NCBI GenBank assembly: GCA_964393265.1
Contig: CAYMTC010000001.1
Coordinates: 1 to 24,811, forward strand
Reading direction: 5' to 3'
Length of the DNA stretch: 24,811 bases
From: an uncultured Thermoleophilia bacterium
GTDB taxonomy: Bacteria > Actinomycetota > Thermoleophilia > UBA2241
Shown: piece after piece, positions 16,099 through 23,613 of the stretch
How positions within the stretch are numbered: position 1 is the first letter of the stretch
Layout of the letters: the number at the start of each line of letters is the position of its first letter
Notes under the pieces: generated by a model
Database searches by the model: none
What the model saw: the letters and a program-made list of their open reading frames with translations, nothing else
Told to the model about the DNA's origin: nothing
Position numbers and translations under genes: made by a program

Positions 16099-16858
16099 GG
16101 AGTGCATCCCAGTCCTAGACCTCATGAACGGGGCCGTCGTCCACGGCCACCGCGGTGAGCGCCAAGGCTATCGGCCTGTGGTGAGTCACTTGTTGGACGG
16201 AGCCGACCCACTCGACGTCGCGACGGCGCTCCTGTCGGTGACCGGCACCAAGCGGCTGTACGTCGCCGACCTCGACGCGATCAGCCGGCGAGGCGACCAC
16301 TGCGCCGTGCTGCAGCGACTGAGAGACTCGCTCAGCGCTGACTTGCTGGTGGATGCCGGCAGCGGCCAGACGGAGGCGGCCAGACAGGTGCTCGACTCCG
16401 GAGCCACCTGCGTGGTAGTGGGCACCGAGACACTGCCGGACGTGGCCTCGTTGCAGCACATCCGCGAGCGTCTTGGCCACGAGAGAGTGCTGCTGAGTGT
16501 GGACACCACCACTCACGGTGTGCTGAGTCGCTGTGACGCACTGCGCGGGAGGTCGCCCTTGGACGTGCTGCGGCTGCTCGACGCGGCGTCGCTCGGCCAG
16601 GCCCTGGTCCTGCACCTCGACCGCGTGGGCACAGGCACAGGGCCGGCCCGCGACGACCTTCGTGCGGTACGGTCGGCCTACCCTCAGCTGCGCCTGGTGG
16701 CAGGCGGCGGCGTGCGCACGCCCGCTCACTTGGCTGAGCTGGCCGCGGCAGGGGTGGATGCCGTGCTGGTCGCCACCGCGCTGCACGAGGGCTGGATCAC
16801 GCGCGGCGACATCGAGCGCACAGCACGGGGCACCCCAGAGTTCACCAACGCGTCGTGA
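16097..16858 (+). CDS. HisA/HisF-related TIM-barrel protein (Orf17 family, furan cofactor biosynthesis)
   Basis: IPVLDLMNGAVVH...RQGYRPV, LYVADLDAI, LDRVGTGTG, VAGGGVR; GGAG 8 nt before ATG 16097. Confidence 0.88.
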   Translation: MECIPVLDLMNGAVVHGHRGERQGYRPVVSHLLDGADPLDVATALLSVTGTKRLYVADLDAISRRGDHCAVLQRLRDSLSADLLVDAGSGQTEAARQVLDSGATCVVVGTETLPDVASLQHIRERLGHERVLLSVDTTTHGVLSRCDALRGRSPLDVLRLLDAASLGQALVLHLDRVGTGTGPARDDLRAVRSAYPQLRLVAGGGVRTPAHLAELAAAGVDAVLVATALHEGWITRGDIERTARGTPEFTNAS

Positions 16859-17732
16859 GCTCTGGCACATCGGCCAGCATGCCCCCCTCTGTGAGAAAGA
16901 CGAACAGCGACGCGGCGATCAAGTCGGCCGTGGTGCCAGGGTTGAGCCGGTGTGCATCGTCCCGTAGCTCGTCGTCAAGACGCTGCACTTCTCGGCGGCC
17001 CAGCTCGGTGTGCAGGCCGCCTGCGTCGAGCACTTCGCAGGCACGCCGCGAGACGTGCGCAGCTTCACGTTCCCCCAGCTTGCGCGCGATGAGGGTGTCG
17101 GGCACCTCAGAGAGGATCTGCAGGAACGCCGTCGTGATGGCCACCGACAGTGAGTCGCCGCGCTGCCACGAGTGCGACAGGGCCTGGGCTCCGCACTGGA
17201 ACGTGATCTGGTAGTCGGTGAGGTACTCACGAGCGATGCTGTCCCTATCCCGTGCACTGCGCATGGCCTCGAGCAAGCTCACGTCCACTTGCGCGCCAGC
17301 GACGTCGTGCTCCTGGACCCGACCCAACCCGCCGGGCTGCGCCATCGCGATGGCCGCATAGGCGCTGCGGGCATCCTCCACCGACAGACCAGCCAGCACG
17401 CCACGCAGTGCGTCACGTAGGCCGTGCTGAGAAGCGTCCATGGCTGCGGCTTTGGCCAGCGGGGCCAGGAGCAGCACGATGCCAAGGTTGGTGTTCGTGG
17501 CAGACACCTGACGGGTGGCAGCCACGGCTTCTCGGATGGTCTGGCCCACGCCGCGCTCGCCGGCGGCGGCGAAGGGAGGCCCGATAGCCGCCGCGCTCGT
17601 CAGGAAGTCCAGGACACCGACGTCGGCGAACCGCGCGCGAGGTGACACGTTGCCAGGCTTGTGCGCCATGACCTCGAACTGACAGGAGAGCTGCACCGCG
17701 AGCGCGATCTCTTGCCCCTGCAGTGGCCTCAT
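16842..17732 (-). CDS. citG: CitG/triphosphoribosyl-dephospho-CoA synthase-like protein (Orf7 family)
   Basis: EVMAHKPGNV, TNTNLGIVLL, PDTLIARKLG, NPGTTADLIAA; ATGA overlap with the orf5 stop. Confidence 0.87.
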   Translation of the reverse strand: MRPLQGQEIALAVQLSCQFEVMAHKPGNVSPRARFADVGVLDFLTSAAAIGPPFAAAGERGVGQTIREAVAATRQVSATNTNLGIVLLLAPLAKAAAMDASQHGLRDALRGVLAGLSVEDARSAYAAIAMAQPGGLGRVQEHDVAGAQVDVSLLEAMRSARDRDSIAREYLTDYQITFQCGAQALSHSWQRGDSLSVAITTAFLQILSEVPDTLIARKLGEREAAHVSRRACEVLDAGGLHTELGRREVQRLDDELRDDAHRLNPGTTADLIAASLFVFLTEGGMLADVPELTTRW

Positions 17733-18601
17733 CCGTACACATCCACGACGTACTGGACCAGCTCCTCCGCAGCATCGATGCCCGTGGCGCCCTTGAGAGC
17801 TCGCCAGCCCGGTATGGAGTTCACCTCCAGGACACGGTAGACGTCGTCCTCGCCAGGAAGGATGTCCACGCCGGCGTACTCGGCGCCCACCGTACGGGCC
17901 GCCCGCAGGCTGAGGTCGCAGAGGTGGTCGTCCGGATCGAGCGGGATGCTGCGCGCCCCTTGCGCTGCATTGGTCTTCCAGCTGGTGCCGCGCCGTATCA
18001 TGGCGCCGACGACGCGCGGACCGATGACGAACACGCGGATGTCCTCGTCCCGATGGGGGACGAACGCCTGCAAGTAGTACACGTACCGTCCCAACTCCAG
18101 GGCCCGGAAGGCGCGATACGCGGAGTCCGGGTCCGAGACGCGGACCATTCCCTTGCCCTCGGAGCCGAAGAGGGGCTTGAGCACGACGTCGCCACCGAGC
18201 TCCTCGAACGCTGCCAGAGCGTCTTCGAAGCGCTCGACGACCACCACTGGCGGTGTGGGAAGGCCCTCGGCGGCCAGCAGAGCTGTCGTGTAGTACTTGT
18301 CAACGCCGCACTCGATGGACCTGGCCGAGTTGATCACCGGCGTGCCGTTGCGCTCGAGCTCCCGTAGCGCGTCCATGCGGAAGATGACCTGCTCTAGGGA
18401 CCCTGTGGGGATGGCCCGTACGAACACCACGTCCATCCCGTCGAGCGACACGCCGTCGGCGTGCAGGCTCGGCGTGTCGCCGGCCCGTGCGACAAGGCGT
18501 GTGACTGGTACGACCTCGGTGGCTATGCCTTGGGCGCGGAGCGCCCCGAGCAGGCTCTCAGTGTGCCAGCCGCCGTTCTGTCCGAGGATCGCGGCTTTCA
18601 A
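17729..18601 (-). CDS. RimK-family alpha-L-glutamate ligase (Orf5/MyfB or MptN-like)
   Basis: VRAIPTGSLEQVIFRMDAL, DKYYT, VLKPLFGSEGKG, DIRVFV, WKTNAAQG, LEVNSIPGW; TTGA overlap with the mch stop. Confidence 0.9.
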   Translation of the reverse strand: MKAAILGQNGGWHTESLLGALRAQGIATEVVPVTRLVARAGDTPSLHADGVSLDGMDVVFVRAIPTGSLEQVIFRMDALRELERNGTPVINSARSIECGVDKYYTTALLAAEGLPTPPVVVVERFEDALAAFEELGGDVVLKPLFGSEGKGMVRVSDPDSAYRAFRALELGRYVYYLQAFVPHRDEDIRVFVIGPRVVGAMIRRGTSWKTNAAQGARSIPLDPDDHLCDLSLRAARTVGAEYAGVDILPGEDDVYRVLEVNSIPGWRALKGATGIDAAEELVQYVVDVYG

Positions 18602-19569
18602 CTGAGCAGAGAACGCTCGAGGAGATCCGCGTCAACGACGCCCGCCTGGACCGTACGGCCGCTGAGACTACTGGTGAGGAAGACCTCCGCCGGGCTGAAC
18701 AGCAGGGGGTCGATCTTGTAGAAGTCGCCACCGTAACGTTCGAACAGCTCTTTGAAGGGCACACCATGGTCGCGGGACGCCGCTGCAGGCAGCCGGTCGA
18801 TGACCGACGCGATCGCGTCGTCCTCGGCCTGCACCGTGTACCAGGAGCGCCCGCCGTAGAGGACGGCGTCGTTGGTGCGTCCTATCGCCGACAGGTCGTC
18901 GCGCGCCACAGGCGCCATGGGACACACCCCGAAGCCGGAGCGCACTGTGCCGATGTCAAAGCCTACCTCGTGCATCTTGTGCAGACCTGTCTCCACGATG
19001 CGCGCGGCGATCTGTACCGACCCCACGAGGCTTGCTGTGGGAGCCACCAGCAGCAGCAGTGAGCCCGCCGGCACGCCGCACTTCTTAGCCACCCAGGCGA
19101 CCGCCTCGTCGGTGGGCAGCTGCCGCGACTCGAGCGTGAGCACCGCTCGCGAGGCCGTGTCCTTGTATCCCAGGTCCTCGAAGAGCTGCTCGCCACAGTA
19201 CAGAGCGCGGGCCGGCCCCGAGCCCATGGCGAAGTAGCCCGGCGTCGACTCACTGCGCGGGACGTCGATGGCCCAGCCCGCGTACTGCGACGCCATGCAC
19301 GCCAGTACAGGCTGTCGTACGTCCACCTCGACACCCGGTAGCACCAGCGCGTCGAGTCGGACCTCGCACAGCCGGACGTCACCCAGGCCGCCGAGGCACA
19401 CCTCCGCGAACAGACGGCCCGCTTCCAGTGAGCCCGGCACCTCGACGCCGGCGTCCACGACCGTGGCGCCGCTGGCGAGCTGGTGCACTTGTAGAGCCAA
19501 GGCTTCTGCATCCTCGACCATGCGGTCGACGATGACGGCTGCTCGATCATTCAGACTGATCACGGACAA
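18598..19569 (-). CDS. mch: Methenyl-H4MPT cyclohydrolase
   Basis: MGSGPARAL, LTLES, APTASLVGSVQIAARIVETGLHK, GRTNDAVLYGG, KIDPLLFSPA; TTG 19569 (or GTG 19563) after GAGGGGAG. The ORF-track extension to 19776 is not protein-like. Confidence 0.96.
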   Translation of the reverse strand: MSVISLNDRAAVIVDRMVEDAEALALQVHQLASGATVVDAGVEVPGSLEAGRLFAEVCLGGLGDVRLCEVRLDALVLPGVEVDVRQPVLACMASQYAGWAIDVPRSESTPGYFAMGSGPARALYCGEQLFEDLGYKDTASRAVLTLESRQLPTDEAVAWVAKKCGVPAGSLLLLVAPTASLVGSVQIAARIVETGLHKMHEVGFDIGTVRSGFGVCPMAPVARDDLSAIGRTNDAVLYGGRSWYTVQAEDDAIASVIDRLPAAASRDHGVPFKELFERYGGDFYKIDPLLFSPAEVFLTSSLSGRTVQAGVVDADLLERSLLS

Positions 19570-19813
19570 GCATCTCCCCTCTGCGGCCTGTGCCGCGGTC
19601 GTCCGCAGAGCACTCGAGGTCGCCCTAAGGACCCTCCGCCAGGCCGTCGCATTCCAGGTCGGCTCAGTGCCGGCACGAAGCGGCGCACGATGGCTGGAGG
19701 CCATTGACGTGCGCACCGCCAGACCGGTGACATGGTGACAGGGCCGCCAGCGACGCGTTGATGGCGCGCACATCACCGCGCACGCGTGGCCAGCACACCC
19801 TGCGCCTCGCTCG

Positions 19814-20698
19814 CTAGCTGAGCAGCGCGTGGAGCGGGAACTGGTACTGCCCCAGCTCCCCGCCGTAGTTGCCCGCCGAGATGCGGGTGACTCCGGGGCG
19901 ACATGCGGCTCTCATGCCCACGCGCATGGCATCTCCGACCGCATCCTCGGTGAGGCCGTCGACCACGATCTCGAGCACGGCGTTCTCATCGGGGCCGAGC
20001 GGCGAGTCCACCTGCCCCTTGAGCGTGGGGCAGTAGAACGTGTTGCTGGACACGTGCTGACCCTTGTACATCGACGAGACCTTACTCCCGCTGCGCACGA
20101 CGCCTCCCGGGAAGGGCATGATGACGCCTGGGACACTGCGCATGGCCTCCACAGCCGCCTCGGCAGCGCCCAGAGCCTCAGCGATCCCGGTGGCCATGAT
20201 GAAGAAGTTGCCGCCGCCCACTGCCTTACACACCCCGAAGCTCTCGTCGATGACGAACTCCCCGTCCATCACCGGCACGCGCCACAGGCGCCTGCCGTCG
20301 ACCAGCTTGCTGCGCTGGAAGCCGTCGCCGAAGTACCGGAGCTTGCCGCCGACCTTGAGACGCTCGTCGGCCTGCAGACCGTTGTAGCAGGCCGACGTGG
20401 CCGAGGTCATGATGCTCTGCCCGATGCGCGCCAGCAGCTGCTGCTCCATGCTCTTGCGAGAGGTGGTGAAGATGAGGACGGCCACGCCCGGCCTGCCGTC
20501 TGGCGTCGCCTCGTCGGGGGGCAGCGTGTTGACACCGGCCTCGCAGCCGCAGCCGATGATGGACGTGGCAAAGCCAGTCGCCGAGGCCGCCGCGGTCTGA
20601 GCCCACGAGAGAGTGTCTGCTGTGACCACGAGCCGGGCACCCCACATGCCAAAGGCTTCCGCAAAGGTGTCTACGATCTCCACACCGTCGATCTTCAT
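19814..20698 (-). CDS. ftr: Formylmethanofuran--H4MPT N-formyltransferase (Ftr/FhcD)
   Basis: GVEIVDTFAEAF, GFATSIIGCGCEAG, TPDGRPG, RYFGDGFQ, PVMDGEF, GGGNF, FPGGVVRSGSK, YCPTL, EIVVDG, ISAGNYGG. Confidence 0.96.
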   Translation of the reverse strand: MKIDGVEIVDTFAEAFGMWGARLVVTADTLSWAQTAAASATGFATSIIGCGCEAGVNTLPPDEATPDGRPGVAVLIFTTSRKSMEQQLLARIGQSIMTSATSACYNGLQADERLKVGGKLRYFGDGFQRSKLVDGRRLWRVPVMDGEFVIDESFGVCKAVGGGNFFIMATGIAEALGAAEAAVEAMRSVPGVIMPFPGGVVRSGSKVSSMYKGQHVSSNTFYCPTLKGQVDSPLGPDENAVLEIVVDGLTEDAVGDAMRVGMRAACRPGVTRISAGNYGGELGQYQFPLHALLS

Positions 20699-22161
20699 CA
20701 GGTCCCGGCTCCTTTCCCAGAGACTGTGCCGTCGTACGCCGTCACGCCGCCCGCTTTGGCTGCCTGAGCAGGGTCTGTGTCCGCGGCACTACTCGATACT
20801 TCTCGTGGCGCATCGTCAAGGTACCCCCAACGGAGACCCGACTCTTGCGTGTACCTCTTGCCAAGAAGGACGGCAAGCGCGGCCCGCTCCAGTTCGCGCC
20901 CCATGTAGAACGCGTGCCCTGGGTCGGAGATCTCCAGCTGCTCGAAGAGACGCTGGGGGTCTGTACCACTGACGAATGTGTCACGATTGAACACGTACAC
21001 ACGCTGCGCGTCGGCGAAGATGCGGTAGTGCCGGTCCCGTACCCTGCTCTGCATGTCGCGGAGTTCGACCTCCGTGTACGGACGAAACGGCACATCCTTG
21101 AGCGCTATCAGGCGGTCATCGATGGACTTGGGCAGGACGCTGTTGGTGCGCGCGTAGTACATGAGCCTGCGCGCGACGTCGAGTTCCCGTACGGCGCCGC
21201 GACACCAGCTGATCACCTCGGTCGTAAGGACGTAGTCGATCTGCAGCTCGGTGAACACGCCGGCGATGACAGCGTTCACGCCATGGCTGTCGGCGTCGAG
21301 GAGCTCGGTGAGGTTGCCCACGCCCATGAGCATCTCCGCCGTAGGGTACCGGCGACGCACCTCCTGGAAACGGACCACCGACTCGGTGAAGCCCATGCCC
21401 AGCGGATCGAGGATGGGATCGAGGACGTAGGGCGCACCAAGCTCCGCCACCGTCTGCACGTTCCGCTCGAGCGAGTCGACGCCCTCACCGAAGTCCGGGA
21501 CCACCACGACCTTGCAGTGCAGGTGGGGAACGACATCGATGTTCTCGGAGTTGACGCTCAACACGAGGTCTACCCCGGCGTCGTCCGCCTCCCTGATCGT
21601 GTCACTATGGAACGTGTCGATACTGACGACGAAGCCGCGCTCCTTGAGTGCCGCGACCGCGTCTCCGACGCCCACGAACGGCTCCATAGGCGGACATCCG
21701 AGGTCGATGATGTCGGCGCCCTGCGCGCGGTAGCGCTCGGCCTCCGCGAGGATGCTTTCGAGAGACAGGTGCCACGCCTCGACGATCTCGGCAAGCAGCT
21801 TGATCTTGTACGCGCCGTAGCCGTGGAGCTGGGGCTCCTGGCCGTAGAACCGCGGCAGGTCGCGGAGGTCCTTTGGACCGCGTACCACGGGGACGCCGAC
21901 CTGTCGCTCGATGACGGACAGATCGCCACGACAGAGACCCGGGATCACGACCAGCTCGCAGCCGCGCGCGTCGTGCAGACGCCGCGCTATCCACTCCGTG
22001 CGCATGAGCGCAGCGACCGAGCCATTGAGGACGGCTGTCTCGTATGGGAAGTCCGGGGCCAGGCGTTCGAGCGTGAGCTGGAGCGCCGCAGCAGCCAGCC
22101 GGCCGGTGACGAAGAGCGTCTTTGGCACTGCCTCGTCGCTTTGGCTCAAGGGGCCAGCCAC
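20698..22161 (-). CDS. Dihydropteroate-synthase-like protein of methanopterin biosynthesis (Orf20; DUF6513 + pterin-binding barrel + C-terminal DUF4346-like)
   Basis: LFVTGRLA, VAALM, GPKDLRDLP, GADIIDLGC, LDPILDP, MLMGVGNLTELLDADS, TTEV, HAFYMGRELERA; TGATG coupling to ftr. Alternative start GTG 22128. Confidence 0.88.
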   Translation of the reverse strand: MAGPLSQSDEAVPKTLFVTGRLAAAALQLTLERLAPDFPYETAVLNGSVAALMRTEWIARRLHDARGCELVVIPGLCRGDLSVIERQVGVPVVRGPKDLRDLPRFYGQEPQLHGYGAYKIKLLAEIVEAWHLSLESILAEAERYRAQGADIIDLGCPPMEPFVGVGDAVAALKERGFVVSIDTFHSDTIREADDAGVDLVLSVNSENIDVVPHLHCKVVVVPDFGEGVDSLERNVQTVAELGAPYVLDPILDPLGMGFTESVVRFQEVRRRYPTAEMLMGVGNLTELLDADSHGVNAVIAGVFTELQIDYVLTTEVISWCRGAVRELDVARRLMYYARTNSVLPKSIDDRLIALKDVPFRPYTEVELRDMQSRVRDRHYRIFADAQRVYVFNRDTFVSGTDPQRLFEQLEISDPGHAFYMGRELERAALAVLLGKRYTQESGLRWGYLDDAPREVSSSAADTDPAQAAKAGGVTAYDGTVSGKGAGT

Positions 22162-23123
22162 TCTTCCAGCGTGATGTGCCGCTCTACCGGCGCCCCGCCG
22201 GCGAGCTCGTGACGGATGTCGCCGAGGGTGCCGTAGCGCTCGGCGAAGGCGTTGTGGTCGTGGATGCCTTCGAAGTTCTCCTGACGAGCGATGATGAAGT
22301 CTTCGTCAGGGAGGTTGGGGTAGGCAGCCACGGCAAGGCGCAGCATCTCGCGCACAGCGTCCTCGACGAAGCGCGGATTGCGGTGCGCCTTGTCCACCAC
22401 GTAGAGCTCGTCCGGACGCTTGAGCAGCTCGTAGATCTCCGAGCTCATCGACTGCTCGACGAGCTTGACGAGGTCCTCGGCGCGGAGCGACTCGCGCGAG
22501 CCCACTAGCAACGTGCCGCGTCCTCGCTGGTTATGCGAGGCCACAGGCACGACACTGAGGATGCAGCTGATCTGGTCCTCTGTGAACCCCTCTTGCAGCA
22601 GCTGCTCGCGGGACTGCGCCCGTACCATGTCCTGAGCGCAAGGACACACCGTGAGCCCGTTGACCTCGACACCGACCACCAGCCGTGTGGCATGGGGAGT
22701 GGCGGCAGCGATGCCGACGAGCGTGTAGAGCTGCTCGGTGGGACGATCCGTCACGGGAGTGCGGCGCACCAGAGGGGATTGGGTCTTGATCCGTACCTCG
22801 GCGCGATACGCCGCCTGCGTAGCCACGATCTGCTCTGCCATGCGGCTGGCCAGCGACTCGATGTCGGGGAACGGCCTGCGCGTGAAACCCTCGGCAAGCC
22901 CTTCCACCACCTCGCTGAAACGCGACATGTGGACACCGGCATACTCGGGACTGAGATCAGCGAAGAGATCGATGCTGGCGTAGAAGAGCTGAGGCTTGTT
23001 GCCGGCATTGATCGAGATGATGCGACGTAGATCGGTGACGCCCGCGCGGCTCAGTGCCACCGGCACAGCCGGCCGCGCATTCTGTGTGTCTCTGAGAGTC
23101 ATCTGCGGAGTGCTCTGTTCCAT
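22146..23123 (-). CDS. mptA: GTP cyclohydrolase, archaeal MptA type (FolE2/MptA family)
   Basis: GVHMSRF, CPCAQ followed by a long helical insert, then SHNQRGRG, YELLKRPDE, NPRFVEDAVR, ENFEGIHDHNAFA. Confidence 0.88.
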   Translation of the reverse strand: MEQSTPQMTLRDTQNARPAVPVALSRAGVTDLRRIISINAGNKPQLFYASIDLFADLSPEYAGVHMSRFSEVVEGLAEGFTRRPFPDIESLASRMAEQIVATQAAYRAEVRIKTQSPLVRRTPVTDRPTEQLYTLVGIAAATPHATRLVVGVEVNGLTVCPCAQDMVRAQSREQLLQEGFTEDQISCILSVVPVASHNQRGRGTLLVGSRESLRAEDLVKLVEQSMSSEIYELLKRPDELYVVDKAHRNPRFVEDAVREMLRLAVAAYPNLPDEDFIIARQENFEGIHDHNAFAERYGTLGDIRHELAGGAPVERHITLEEWLAP

Positions 23124-23130
23124 CGCCCGC

Positions 23131-23613
23131 CTACTTGCCTGTGCTCGCGAGGGCCTCGGTACACACGAGGTGACCGTAAGCGACCGCGCAGCTGCCGAAC
23201 AACAGATCCATGTCAGTGCGCCGTATCACGGCTTTCGCTAAGTCGGACTGCCGGGACTCGGTGGGTACGATATCTCTGCCTGACTCGATGGCCACGCCGC
23301 TGTTCATCCACCCGTCCCGCGTCGTACAGCACCGGCTGTATCGGGGGAAGCCGTGCGAAGGCGTGGGGGCCTTTGACCCGGCGTCGCTCTGGTCGACAGA
23401 GACCGAGATCTTGGCGTCCGCATTGACAGCCTCCGCCACTTTGGCGGCTTCCACCAGGGTAGTGTAGCCCATCTTGGAGTGCGCGCACTCCGTGATCGGC
23501 GACCCGGCTACGGTGCCACCTGTGGCCGAGGCCAGACCGTGCTCACGGCCGCTGTCCAGGTCGACACGCTGCTCACGACCGCGCCCGGCGACCGGCCTGA
23601 GCCGATGGCTCAC
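23131..23613 (-). CDS. Hypothetical protein, 160 aa, no recognised family
   Basis: AGGAGGT SD (23625-23619) 5 nt before GTG 23613; stop lies 7 nt before the mptA ATG; fills the operon slot exactly. Confidence 0.55.
   Translation of the reverse strand: MSHRLRPVAGRGREQRVDLDSGREHGLASATGGTVAGSPITECAHSKMGYTTLVEAAKVAEAVNADAKISVSVDQSDAGSKAPTPSHGFPRYSRCCTTRDGWMNSGVAIESGRDIVPTESRQSDLAKAVIRRTDMDLLFGSCAVAYGHLVCTEALASTGK

Noticed and set aside
16080-16870. Inverted repeats or recombinase sites explaining orf17 orientation
   Set aside because: Only a 5-6-bp partial match (ATGCGTC versus ACGCGTC) at the ends; no recombinase gene in the window.
19570-19813. ZTP (pfl) riboswitch upstream of a C1 gene
   Set aside because: CTGGCG occurs, but the required ACUGGCGA...GGUGG/CCACC-GGGGAGC and 3' CGCCUGGG elements are absent.
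20698-20800. About 30-aa Ala/Gly-rich C-terminal tail on Orf20
   Set aside because: Low-complexity extension up to the ftr start, most likely stop-codon drift.
23360-23475. Faint resemblance of KMG-x16-D-x2-I-x-VS-x6-G to F420-dependent Mtd, and of TLVEAAKVAEAVNA to MtdA
   Set aside because: Only a few residues match, flanking regions do not align and the length is far too short; likely chance unless a profile search supports it.
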